From NCBI GenBank assembly GCA_017938215.1, contig JAGBBZ010000034.1, positions 35,207 to 99,206 on the forward strand: a stretch of 64,000 nt of DNA, in the 5' to 3' direction. The position numbers and the translations under genes were made by a program. Below, piece after piece: positions 32,184 to 41,699 of this stretch. Position 1 is the stretch's first letter. The number at the start of each line of letters is the position of its first letter. The DNA comes from Eubacterium sp. (GTDB lineage: Bacteria; Bacillota; Clostridia; Lachnospirales; Lachnospiraceae). The notes under the pieces are model-generated. The model saw only the letters and a program-made list of their open reading frames with translations, made no database searches and was not told where the DNA came from.

Positions 32184-34718
32184 ATGTCGGGGAAAACTGG
32201 CAAACGTGCGACGAGTGTATTGGTGGCGTTGACAATGGTGTGTACAAGTGTATTATCCATGGGTGAAGCACCAAATGCAGAAGCAGCAAAAAAAGCAAGA
32301 TTAGTAACAAAGAGTGTGAAAGTAACAGTTGGAAAGAAAAAGAAGATTTCCATCAAGAAAGCTAAGAAATGTAAGTATACATTTAAATCTAAGAATAAGA
32401 AAATTGCTACTGTTACTTCAAAAGGGGTTGTTAAAGGTGTAAAAGCTGGTGGGACAACCGTTGTAGTGAAAGAAAAGAAAGGCAAAAAGACGAAAACAAT
32501 TGGAAAAGTGAAGGTTACCGTTATGGCGAAGAAAATGAAACAGGAAAGTAATCAAAATGAAAGTCCAAAGTTGACTTCACAGCCAACAGCGGCGCCGAAG
32601 GCAACGACGCCAAGTACAGCAAAGCCGGAAGCCAGTGCTACAGCTCCAGGAGCAGCTGTTACAACAGCACCAGCAACCGAAGTTCCAAGTACACCAAATC
32701 CGAATGCAACCACAACTTCTGTAAAAGTGTATTTGGACTCGATTTCAGATGAGAATTTGATTGCAGAGGTGAAAGGTCCGGGGACAATTCCGACACCGAC
32801 ACCGGATCCATCTTTGATGGAACCAGTAGAGCCTACGCCGATTCCAACTCCACAGACAATTTTTGATGTGGATTTTGAGGATGATAATGTGGAGCCGTTT
32901 GTAGGACGAGGAAGTGCAACAGTGGCAACAGCTGCAGATGGTGCGAACGATTCACAGAAATCGCTTCATGTATCGGGACGTGTTTCTTCTTGGAACGGAA
33001 CGCAAATTGATATTTCAAAAGTAGTTGAGGTTGGAAATTTGTATGATGTTTCGTTTTGGGTAAAACAGACCACTGGTGAAACGATGAAAATCAATTCCAC
33101 ATTTCAATATACGGATTCCGAAGGAACTGCCAAATATGAAACACAGAATTCGGTAGATATCAAATCTGATACATGGACTGAGGTTTCCTTTACGACCCAA
33201 GAAGTGCCGGAGCATGTGGGAGATATTTATTTGTATTGGGAGACACCATATGATTCCAATAACATTGAAGATTTTTATATCGATGATTTTATGATGAAAG
33301 GTGTTGTAAAAAGCGCAGAAGAATCGGATGCACCAGATCTCACTGCCGGACTTATCAAGACAAAGGTGGGAAATCCAGTTGTGACGTCTCGCTTGACGGC
33401 AGATCCATATGCGATGGAATACAATGGTCGAGTATATGTGTATGGAACCAACGACTCGCAACAGTATTTCTTGACTCCAAATGCAGACAACAATTATGCG
33501 AAGATTAATACATTGAACTGTTATTCTTCCGCTGATATGGTAAACTGGACCGATCACGGACAGATTGCCGTGGCTGGATCTAAAGGTGCGGCAAAGTGGG
33601 CAGGAAATTCATGGGCACCAGCAGCAACACATAAAACCATCAATGGAAAAGAGAAGTTTTTCTTGTACTTTGCAAATTCGGCAAATAGCATTGGTGTTCT
33701 TGTGGCAGATAGCCCAACCGGACCTTGGACAGATCCAATCGGAAAAGCACTTATCGATCGTGAAACGCCAGGATGTGCCATTGAAGATGTTCCATGGTTG
33801 TTTGACCCGGCGGTATTGGTAGATGATGACGGAACTGGTTATTTGTACTTTGGTGGTATCGGTGATACGGCAGATAAGGAAGATTCCTTCATTGCCAATC
33901 CAAAATGTGCTCGAGTTATCCAATTGGGCGATGATATGGTAAGTACTGTGGGAGAAGCGCAGGTGATTGATGCACCATATATGTTTGAGGATTCTGGAAT
34001 TAACAAAATTGGAGATAAGTATTACTATAGTTATTGTACAAACTGGACATCTATCCAAGGACGTGAAGTGGGGACCGCACATATCGGACTTATGGTAAGC
34101 GATGATCCGATGAGCGGATTTGAATATGTGGGAACAGTATTGAAAAATCCAGGTAGTTACTTTGGATCTTATGGAAACAACCACCATTGCTTCATCGAAT
34201 TCAAGGACAAAGTATATGCGTTCTATCACACAAAGAAAGATACAACAGCCATTGGAACGAAAGCGGATTACAGAACTACGTATGTAAATGAGTTGGATTT
34301 GGGCGAAAATGGTGACTTCACAAATAAAGACAGAAGTGTTGCGGATACCAAAATGACAGTAGCTGGTGTAAGTTCAATTGGAACATTAAATCCATTTGAA
34401 ACTGTGGAAGCTGAGACGTTTTCTATGGCAAGTGGAGTAGGAACCATTCAAAATACATTGACTAGCTCTTATGCGATTTGGAATGCAGCAAATCAATCCT
34501 TATTTAACGCAGAGATTGGATCGTATATCGGTGTGTCAAATGTAGATTTTGGCTCTGAAGGTGCCAGCAAGGTAATGTTAAAAATGAGTGGTACTGACAG
34601 TGAAGATTATCAAGAATATCCAACCGAGCTTTTGAAAACAGTGACGGGAGAACATACCATATATTTCGTATTTGAGAAAGAAAATGTATGGCTTGATAGT
34701 TGGAAGTTTAGTGAGTAA
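32184..34718 (+). CDS. Secreted multimodular GH43 arabinoxylan arabinofuranohydrolase (XynD-like): Ig-like domain, P/T linker, CBM22/4_9, GH43, shortened CBM6
   Basis: Signal peptide ending AEA; TADP, SWAP, WLFDPAVLVDDDG.GYLYFGG, MFED, GNNHH, NPF..VEAET; CBM motif SLHVSGR...WNG. Alternative start at 32178. Confidence 0.88.
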   Translation: MSGKTGKRATSVLVALTMVCTSVLSMGEAPNAEAAKKARLVTKSVKVTVGKKKKISIKKAKKCKYTFKSKNKKIATVTSKGVVKGVKAGGTTVVVKEKKGKKTKTIGKVKVTVMAKKMKQESNQNESPKLTSQPTAAPKATTPSTAKPEASATAPGAAVTTAPATEVPSTPNPNATTTSVKVYLDSISDENLIAEVKGPGTIPTPTPDPSLMEPVEPTPIPTPQTIFDVDFEDDNVEPFVGRGSATVATAADGANDSQKSLHVSGRVSSWNGTQIDISKVVEVGNLYDVSFWVKQTTGETMKINSTFQYTDSEGTAKYETQNSVDIKSDTWTEVSFTTQEVPEHVGDIYLYWETPYDSNNIEDFYIDDFMMKGVVKSAEESDAPDLTAGLIKTKVGNPVVTSRLTADPYAMEYNGRVYVYGTNDSQQYFLTPNADNNYAKINTLNCYSSADMVNWTDHGQIAVAGSKGAAKWAGNSWAPAATHKTINGKEKFFLYFANSANSIGVLVADSPTGPWTDPIGKALIDRETPGCAIEDVPWLFDPAVLVDDDGTGYLYFGGIGDTADKEDSFIANPKCARVIQLGDDMVSTVGEAQVIDAPYMFEDSGINKIGDKYYYSYCTNWTSIQGREVGTAHIGLMVSDDPMSGFEYVGTVLKNPGSYFGSYGNNHHCFIEFKDKVYAFYHTKKDTTAIGTKADYRTTYVNELDLGENGDFTNKDRSVADTKMTVAGVSSIGTLNPFETVEAETFSMASGVGTIQNTLTSSYAIWNAANQSLFNAEIGSYIGVSNVDFGSEGASKVMLKMSGTDSEDYQEYPTELLKTVTGEHTIYFVFEKENVWLDSWKFSE

Positions 34719-34740
34719 AACTAGATTTAATAAATAAGAT

Positions 34741-34778
34741 AAGGTGCAAATGGCAAAGGAAAATGCCATTTGCACCTT
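34741..34778. terminator. Bidirectional terminator between convergent GH43 and AraC genes
   Basis: Perfect 15-bp stem AAGGTGCAAATGGCA / TGCCATTTGCACCTT. Confidence 0.8.
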
Positions 34779-34780
34779 TA

Positions 34781-35563
34781 TTATTTGGGATGAATATCGT
34801 CGAAACCACCTTGACGATATTGGGAGGGCGAAAGCCCGGTTCGTTCTTTAAATTGACGACAAAAGTGTTCCATGTTTTTATATCCACATTTTTCACTGAT
34901 TTCTAAAACGCTATCATTGGTGCGAAGGAGCAATAGTTTTGCGTGATCGATACGACTTGTAATTACTTCGTTCATGCAGGAGACATGAAAAAATTCCTGA
35001 TAATATTTTTGGAGGGAACGAACACTCATATTTACTTCTTGTGCCATTCGTTCCAGCGTCCAGTCAATCTCTGGATGTTGAAGTAATTTGGTGCGAAGAT
35101 TGGTAAATGCCACCTGATATTTGCTGTTTACATTCAATGTATCATAGTCATGTAAGCGTTGGAAAATAATGTGCATCAATTGCTCCATAATGTAGTTGCT
35201 ACTTGGATGTTTCCAGTAATTCTCATTTGCCACAGCTTGCCAATATACGATAAAACCATTGTAGTTACTGCAGTAAACAGGAACCCCGAAAGGAAGAAAA
35301 TCTTTGGTATAAAGTGGTTCATCGCAGTCAAAACGAATCCAGTCATAAATCAAATCATCCTTTTGAGAACGATAGTGAACAACTTGTCCTGGTTTATACA
35401 GAATACAAGTGTGTGCAGGATAAGGTTTCATTTCACCATCCACTTCGATCAATACCGGAGTCTGGAAAATCATGATTTCATATTCGCCAGGACCAAATAT
35501 CAAATGATCTTCAAAACTTTCATCTTTTCGATGGTTCATCATGGCATAAATGATCTTTATCAT
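34781..35563 (-). CDS. AraC family transcriptional regulator
   Basis: N-terminal cupin-like segment (ILYKPGQVVHY, DWIRF); C-terminal WTLERMA..., SRIDHAKLLL, ISEKCGY...HFCRQFK.RTGLSPSQYR. Confidence 0.93.
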   Translation of the reverse strand: MIKIIYAMMNHRKDESFEDHLIFGPGEYEIMIFQTPVLIEVDGEMKPYPAHTCILYKPGQVVHYRSQKDDLIYDWIRFDCDEPLYTKDFLPFGVPVYCSNYNGFIVYWQAVANENYWKHPSSNYIMEQLMHIIFQRLHDYDTLNVNSKYQVAFTNLRTKLLQHPEIDWTLERMAQEVNMSVRSLQKYYQEFFHVSCMNEVITSRIDHAKLLLLRTNDSVLEISEKCGYKNMEHFCRQFKERTGLSPSQYRQGGFDDIHPK

Positions 35564-35581
35564 AGGCTTTCAACTCCATGC

Positions 35582-36679
35582 TTACTTTTTGGCAAAAACC
35601 CATTCCCTCTGAATCTGGAAGCTAATGGTAAACAAAATGGTATCGATGATACATTTTCGTATGGTTCGAGAGAAGATAAAGGTCAATGCATGTTCTACCA
35701 AAATGGTGGAAAGGATCAACTGACAGATGCAAAGCACGTAGTATTTTATGAGGATACCCCAGTCGCGGGATTCATTATGAAATACTTGTCGTTTGTTGAT
35801 CGTAAAATTGTATAGGGAGGAACCTAGACGGGATAAAGCACTGCGTAACAGAGTCAGTAGTGGCATGTGCATCCACAAGAAGGAAACCTCCAGCTTGTCT
35901 CCGATAATGGGACGGAGTAATAAGCCAAGCACGTAAAACAGCGTAATGTCAATGATAAAACTGGAAAAGGAGCTCAATAAGAATTTTACAAATACCTTGT
36001 AAATGCGAATGGAATCCAAAAATGGATTGAAATGTGAGCTTTCGTTATTTTCCAAGTAAATCGTCTGAATTGGGAACTCATGAATGTCAATCTGATTTTC
36101 TCTGGCACACAAGAGCATGTTCATCTCATATTCAAAACGTTCCCCCTTGGTCTGGGCAAAATAATCCTGAATTAACATACGAGACATGCCTCGTAATCCA
36201 GTTTGGGTATCTGCTACATTGATTCCACACAACAAGCGAATGAAATGCTTGGTGAACTTGTTCCCAAAGCGACTACGGAAAGGAATATCTTTGTCGTCGA
36301 ACTGTCGGCAACCAAGAATTAATTTGTCCGGATGCTCTGCAACTAAGCGCGCGCAGGTGTCAATGTCTTCCACCATATGCTGACCATCACAATCCACCGT
36401 TACCGTACCAATCAAGTCGGGACGGTTTTCAAGAATGTGGTTAAAAGCAGATTTAAGAGCTATTCCTTTTCCGAAATTAATGACATGTCGTATAATTCTG
36501 CAATTGTGTTCTTCTTTGCAAGTTTTAAAATATTTTCGTCGTTCAATTTCACTGCCATCATCCACCAAAATAATGTTTTCGAATCCGTTCTCTTTCAGTT
36601 GCTTTACAAGTGCAACCATTCGTTCATTTGGATTCAGAGCTGGAATAACAATGGCAATGTCTTTCTTATAATTCCCCAT
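35582..36679 (-). CDS. Bifunctional GT2 / GtrA family protein
   Basis: VIPALNP, VDDGS, GKG.ALK, DCDGQH, DTQTGLRG, GERFEYE, SSHFNP..DS, then a GtrA-like TM region ending QREWVF. Confidence 0.88.
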   Translation of the reverse strand: MGNYKKDIAIVIPALNPNERMVALVKQLKENGFENIILVDDGSEIERRKYFKTCKEEHNCRIIRHVINFGKGIALKSAFNHILENRPDLIGTVTVDCDGQHMVEDIDTCARLVAEHPDKLILGCRQFDDKDIPFRSRFGNKFTKHFIRLLCGINVADTQTGLRGMSRMLIQDYFAQTKGERFEYEMNMLLCARENQIDIHEFPIQTIYLENNESSHFNPFLDSIRIYKVFVKFLLSSFSSFIIDITLFYVLGLLLRPIIGDKLEVSFLWMHMPLLTLLRSALSRLGSSLYNFTINKRQVFHNESRDWGILIKYYVLCICQLILSTILVEHALTFIFSRTIRKCIIDTILFTISFQIQREWVFAKK

Positions 36680-36735
36680 AAATGTTCTCCATAAGTATTT
36701 TCTATAAAAATAGAAAGTGTTGTAATGCTTCTTAT

Positions 36736-36806
36736 AGTATAATCGTTTCTTTCGTAGAGGGCAAGCAGTTTTTTGACTTGAATTAATCCTTCCTGTATTT
36801 TATAAT
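36736..36806. promoter_or_regulatory. Divergent sigmaA promoter pair
   Basis: Minus strand TTGCCC-17-TATACT (36764-36736); plus strand TTGAAT-17-TATAAT (36778-36806). Confidence 0.65.
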
Positions 36807-36846
36807 ATCTTTCAATGAGGGTTATGACAGAAAGGAAGATACAAGC

Positions 36847-37875
36847 ATGAAGATTTCAATTGGAATCGTGGCTTATAATGAAGAAAAAAATCTTCCGCGG
36901 ATATTGGAGGATGTAAAAAAACAGACCTATCCGTTGGAAAAAATAGAACTTGTTTTGGCAGATAGCATGTCGGAGGATGACACGATGCGTGTTATGCTTG
37001 CCTTTGCGGAGCAAGAGGGTGCAAAGTTTCACCGTGTACAAGTAATCAACAATCGGGGAAGGATTCAGAGCTGTGGTTGGAACCGGATTATCGACACCTT
37101 TACAACAGAGGCACTCATTCGGATTGACGCTCATAGTAGTATCCCAAAGGATTTTGTGCAAAGAAATGTAGAGGCTTTGCAAGAGGGGGAATATGTGACG
37201 GGGGGTGTCCGTCCGAATATTGTGGAATCGGATTCTCCATGGCAGCAGATTCTTCTTACGGCAGAAAGCTCCATGTTTGGTAGTAGTGTAGCCAGCTTCC
37301 GGCGCGAAGAAAAAAAGGCATATGTAAAATCTTTCTTTCATGGTGCCTATCGCCGGGAAGTCTTTGAAAAGGTGGGGAAATTCCGAGAGGACTTGGGGCG
37401 TACCGAGGACAATGAATTTCACTATCGCATCCGTCAGCACGGTTTTCAGCTTTGCATGGTGCCAGGGATTCGTTCCTATCAAATGATACGACCAAGTCTT
37501 GGGAAAATGTGTCGTCAGAAGTATGGAAACGGATATTGGATTGGGTTGACCAGTGGCGTGTGTCCGGGATGCCTGTCCTTGTATCATTTTGTCCCATTTG
37601 CGTTCATTCTTGGGATTCTAATAACGACAGTCCTTGGATTCGTGGGATTTCCGCAACTTGCCATGCTCATGTGGTCCTTGTATGGACTTTTGGCGGTGGC
37701 CATGGCAGTGATGGCGATGATACCGGATATTCAGGAAGGAAAATGGAATGCAGGAGAACTGCTTTTGCCTATTTTATTTTTGATGCTTCACGTCAGCTAT
37801 GGTGTGGGAACATTAATTGGAATTGTACAGATGCCGTTTTGGCGAAAGGAACATATAGGAAAGGAACGAGAATAA
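36847..37875 (+). CDS. GT2 glycosyltransferase with C-terminal TM helices (ExoA-like)
   Basis: VAYNEE, RIDAH, FREDLGRTEDNEFHYRIR, QKYGNGYWIG, H..YG.G. Confidence 0.88.
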   Translation: MKISIGIVAYNEEKNLPRILEDVKKQTYPLEKIELVLADSMSEDDTMRVMLAFAEQEGAKFHRVQVINNRGRIQSCGWNRIIDTFTTEALIRIDAHSSIPKDFVQRNVEALQEGEYVTGGVRPNIVESDSPWQQILLTAESSMFGSSVASFRREEKKAYVKSFFHGAYRREVFEKVGKFREDLGRTEDNEFHYRIRQHGFQLCMVPGIRSYQMIRPSLGKMCRQKYGNGYWIGLTSGVCPGCLSLYHFVPFAFILGILITTVLGFVGFPQLAMLMWSLYGLLAVAMAVMAMIPDIQEGKWNAGELLLPILFLMLHVSYGVGTLIGIVQMPFWRKEHIGKERE

Positions 37876-37878
37876 ATA

Positions 37879-38745
37879 ATGGAACAAAGGGAATATACAG
37901 AGGAAGAGATAGAGGGATTGCACCGAGTTAGTCTGGAAATGGCAGAGGTGTTTGTGGAATTTTGCGAGGAATACGGACTTCTTTGCTATTTTTGCGGTGG
38001 CGGTTGTATCGGCGCTCTTCGACACAAAGGATTTATTCCGTGGGATGACGATTTGGACTTTTTTATGCCTCGGGATGACTATGAAAAATTTGTAGAATAC
38101 TGGAATACGTATGAGAAAGGGAAACGTTATATTCTATCGGATACCACGGAAGAGTATGTGGACCGTAATAACTTTGCTACCTTGCGGGATAGCATGACGA
38201 CACAAGTGAAGCCGTATCAGCAGGATTTAATGGATGTGCCACATGGAGTGGCATTGGATGTGATTCCATTGGACGGGTATCCGGACGGAAAATGGCAAAG
38301 AAAGGAACAGGTTGTCTGGGCGCTGATTTATTCTCTTTTTCGAGCACAGACGGTACCGGAAAAGCACGGTGGACTCATGGCGTGGGGAAGTCGGTTGCTT
38401 CTTGGGATTTTCCGGGGAAGAAAGATTCGGACCCGAATTTGGCGTTATGCGAAAAAGCAAATGACGAAGTACAGCATTGCGGATTGCAAGTATATTACGG
38501 AGCTTTGTTCCGGACCATACTATATGAAAAAGAAATACAACGCAGAATGGTTTGCAGAGGCTCTCTTTGTGGATTTTGAAGGAACTAAGATGCCGATTCC
38601 TGTTGGGTATGATGGTTATTTGCGTACGGCATTTGGAGACTATATGGAATTGCCACCGAAGGAGAAACAAAAGGCGCATCATGACTGTGTAGAGTTGGAT
38701 TTGGACAAACCTTGTGTAGGAAAAGAGGAAAATCATGTTAAGTGA
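37879..38745 (+). CDS. licD: LicD family phosphotransferase (LicD3-like, predicted ribitol-phosphate transferase)
   Basis: CGGGCIGALRHKGFIPWDDDLD, KPYQQD, LDVIPLD, WALIYSLF.AQTVPEKHG, TELCSGP, FEG..MPIPVGYD.YL..AFGDYM.LPP. Confidence 0.92.
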   Translation: MEQREYTEEEIEGLHRVSLEMAEVFVEFCEEYGLLCYFCGGGCIGALRHKGFIPWDDDLDFFMPRDDYEKFVEYWNTYEKGKRYILSDTTEEYVDRNNFATLRDSMTTQVKPYQQDLMDVPHGVALDVIPLDGYPDGKWQRKEQVVWALIYSLFRAQTVPEKHGGLMAWGSRLLLGIFRGRKIRTRIWRYAKKQMTKYSIADCKYITELCSGPYYMKKKYNAEWFAEALFVDFEGTKMPIPVGYDGYLRTAFGDYMELPPKEKQKAHHDCVELDLDKPCVGKEENHVK

Positions 38746-39610
38746 AAAAGAACTACAAGAACTAAAAGAACTTCAGGCAAAATGTCTGGAGATTACATTG
38801 GTATTTAAAGAGTTTTGTGAACGTCACAACTTATTGTTTTATTTTTGTGGTGGATGTTGCATCGGTACATTGCGAAACAAAGGGTTTATCCCATGGGACG
38901 ATGACATCGATGTATTTATGCCACGTGGGGATTACGAGAAGCTGTGCGAGTTATGGGAAAAGGAAATTGATCCGAAGAAATATCGTCTCAGCCGAACCAG
39001 TGAAAAGGAGTTTTTGCGTTCTCAGCTGACGGCGATTACCGATGAGGACACCACCTTTATCAAGGAGCGCCAGATGGATCTGGATATGGCTCATGGCGTG
39101 CGCTTGGAGGTGCTTCCCTTGGATGGATGTCCATCTTCCAGAATCAAGCGTAAAATCCAGCTTTTGTGGGGGCTTGCCTATCAGATCTATATCAATCAGG
39201 AAGCGCCTACCAGCAAAGGAAAACTTTTTTATGCTATCGGAAAATGTATGTTGGCATTGGCACCGGGGTGGAAAAATCGCTATCGTATGGCGCGGTTGTG
39301 CGAGAAGCAGATGTCCAAATATCCCATTTCAGAATGTGATTACATTACAGAGCTTTGCGTTCGCTACAACTACATGGTAAACGAATATCCGAAGGAAATA
39401 TTTGCGTCAGCAGTGTATAAAGAATTTGAAGGTCATAGGATGCCGATTCCGGTAGGCTATGACACGTACTTGAAAATGGCATTTGGGGACTACATGGAAC
39501 TTCCGCCCGAGGAAAGCCGTGTGCCATCCCACGATGGCGTGTGTGTGGATGTGAACAACGGTTACACCAAGTACAAAGGCGTTTATTATCCCAAAGAGAG
39601 AAAGGAATAA
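38735..39610 (+). CDS. licD: LicD family phosphotransferase, paralog of the upstream gene
   Basis: CGGCCIGTLRNKGFIPWDDDID, EVLPLDG, ITELC, FEG..MPIPVGYD.YL..AFGDYMELPP. Confidence 0.92.
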   Translation: MLSEKELQELKELQAKCLEITLVFKEFCERHNLLFYFCGGCCIGTLRNKGFIPWDDDIDVFMPRGDYEKLCELWEKEIDPKKYRLSRTSEKEFLRSQLTAITDEDTTFIKERQMDLDMAHGVRLEVLPLDGCPSSRIKRKIQLLWGLAYQIYINQEAPTSKGKLFYAIGKCMLALAPGWKNRYRMARLCEKQMSKYPISECDYITELCVRYNYMVNEYPKEIFASAVYKEFEGHRMPIPVGYDTYLKMAFGDYMELPPEESRVPSHDGVCVDVNNGYTKYKGVYYPKERKE

Positions 39611-39616
39611 TCCGAG

Positions 39617-40606
39617 ATGATGGAGAGCAAAAGAACCGTATCCATAATCATTCCTGTGTACAATTCCAAAGAGAAGCTGGCAGAATGTTTGGAAAGCGTT
39701 GTGAATCAGACGTATCCCCAGATGGAAGTAATCGTGGTGGACGATTGTTCTACCGATGGTAGTCTGGAAATCTGCCGTGAATACGAAGAAAAGCATCCAT
39801 GTTTACATGTGTATACAAAGGAAAATGAAGGGGTTTCAGCAGCTCGTAACTACGGGCTTGCCAAAGCGACAGGAGACTATATCCAGTTTGTGGACAGCGA
39901 TGATAAGTTGTATCCAGAGGCTACGGCTCATCTTGTGGCGCGAATGGAACAGGATCAAAGCGACCTTGTTATCGGTGGATATTGGAATGAAAAAGAAAAT
40001 CGGGAAGTGGTGTATCCGGATAAGAGCTATGGGGAAAGAAAAGGATTTATGAAAGAATTTCCGACCTTGTTTACTCGGTTTTTTATCCATGTGCCATGGA
40101 ATAAATTATATCGACGAAGTGCATTGGGAGATGTGACATTTCCAAGAGACTTGAACAAAGGTGAGGACTTGCTTTTTAATCTCCAAGTGCTAAAACGTAC
40201 AGAGAAAATCAGCATTTTGAAAGAGGTGTTGTATTTTTATCATAATATCAGCGACACGTCTCTTTCCTTCCGATTCCGGGAGGATGCCATGGAGATTGAG
40301 GAGCGGCTTTATCGGGAAGTGCGGAAGTTTTGGCAGGAGAATGAAATGGCAGAGGAGCCAATTTTCTTGTATCTTTTTTACTTAACTGCCATAAAAAACA
40401 AATGTTATGCATTGGTGGGAAAATCTGGATATCCCAAAAGTGAATGTAAAAAACAGCTAGAAAAATGGTGTCAGATGGAAAGTGTCCGAGAGCTTTGTGG
40501 AAAAGCGAAATATTTTGGGAGAAAGGACCAGGTGCTGTTAGCGTTGATGAAACGTGGAATGGCGGGACTACTTCTAAGCTATTATGAATGGGCAGCGAAG
40601 AAATGA
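39617..40606 (+). CDS. GT2 glycosyltransferase
   Basis: SIIIPVYN, VDDCSTD, NEGVSAARN.G, FVDSDD, WNKLYR, GEDLLFN. Confidence 0.92.
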   Translation: MMESKRTVSIIIPVYNSKEKLAECLESVVNQTYPQMEVIVVDDCSTDGSLEICREYEEKHPCLHVYTKENEGVSAARNYGLAKATGDYIQFVDSDDKLYPEATAHLVARMEQDQSDLVIGGYWNEKENREVVYPDKSYGERKGFMKEFPTLFTRFFIHVPWNKLYRRSALGDVTFPRDLNKGEDLLFNLQVLKRTEKISILKEVLYFYHNISDTSLSFRFREDAMEIEERLYREVRKFWQENEMAEEPIFLYLFYLTAIKNKCYALVGKSGYPKSECKKQLEKWCQMESVRELCGKAKYFGRKDQVLLALMKRGMAGLLLSYYEWAAKK

Positions 40607-40613
40607 GGACGAG

Positions 40614-41699
40614 ATGAAAAAAATAGGTTTTGTAAATTTTGATATGAGTACACGTGGCGGTGCTCAGCAGGTACTGCATAATATCGCCAATGCGCTTTGT
40701 GAGGAATATGAGATTCATGTGATCAGTATGATTCATGAAAAGGGTGAATGTGCTTACCAGCTACGGGAAGGGATTCACTATCATGCGGTGTTGGAAGGGA
40801 AACAGCGAATTCGCCAGGTGATTCAGTGTGGCGGCAAGCCATTTCGTGAGTATTGCAAAGAAAATAGCTTGGAGCTTTTGTTTTATGTAGGCGCTTATGC
40901 GGGACTTTGTGGTGGACTTTTGGGGAGAACACTAAAGATGCCAAAGGTATTTTGTGATCACGGAGCCCTGTTGAATCAGTGGAAGGAAGCGCCTGCGCGT
41001 ATTATGCGTACGGTTGGTTCTCGTTTTTCTGAGCGAACGGTGGTGCTGACGAAGCAGAGTGAGAAAGCGTATTATGATAAATTTGGATATAAGGAAGGGC
41101 GTATCCAGACGATATACAACTGGATGGACGATACGATTCTTGCCAATGCCGGTGAGTATGATACGAATTCCAGATGTATTTTAACAGCAGGACGATTTTC
41201 CAAAGAAAAGGGGATGGATCTTCTAGTGGATGTAGCAGGAAAACTGCGGGAGAAAACCGAAGATTTTACGTGGGAGGTGTACGGCGAAGGTGACATGTTC
41301 CCAGAGATTTCGGAGCGGATTCAGCAGGATGGGTTAACCGAACATGTGAAGTTGAAGGGCCTTACCAATGAAATGGAGAAGTGCTACCAAGGACATTGCA
41401 TGTACGTGCTTACCTCATACAGGGAAGGACTTCCTCTTGTCCTTTTGGAAGCGAAAGCGAATCATTTGCCTCTCATTAGTTTTGATATCGTATCCGGACC
41501 GGGAGAAATCGTCACGGATGGCCAAGATGGTGTACTAATTCCTCCCTATGATACAGAAAAAATGGCAGAAGCGATCTATCAGTTGTTGGAGAATGGGGAA
41601 AAGCGCAAGCAAATGTCCGACAATTCCGTTCTTCGCATGGAACTTTTTGAAAAAGAAAAAATCCTCAATCAATGGCGAGCATTGATCGAGGAAATGTAG
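40614..41699 (+). CDS. GT4 glycosyltransferase
   Basis: GGAQQV, AGRFSKEKG.D, TSYREGLPLVLLEA, SFD..SGPGEIV. Confidence 0.92.
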   Translation: MKKIGFVNFDMSTRGGAQQVLHNIANALCEEYEIHVISMIHEKGECAYQLREGIHYHAVLEGKQRIRQVIQCGGKPFREYCKENSLELLFYVGAYAGLCGGLLGRTLKMPKVFCDHGALLNQWKEAPARIMRTVGSRFSERTVVLTKQSEKAYYDKFGYKEGRIQTIYNWMDDTILANAGEYDTNSRCILTAGRFSKEKGMDLLVDVAGKLREKTEDFTWEVYGEGDMFPEISERIQQDGLTEHVKLKGLTNEMEKCYQGHCMYVLTSYREGLPLVLLEAKANHLPLISFDIVSGPGEIVTDGQDGVLIPPYDTEKMAEAIYQLLENGEKRKQMSDNSVLRMELFEKEKILNQWRALIEEM

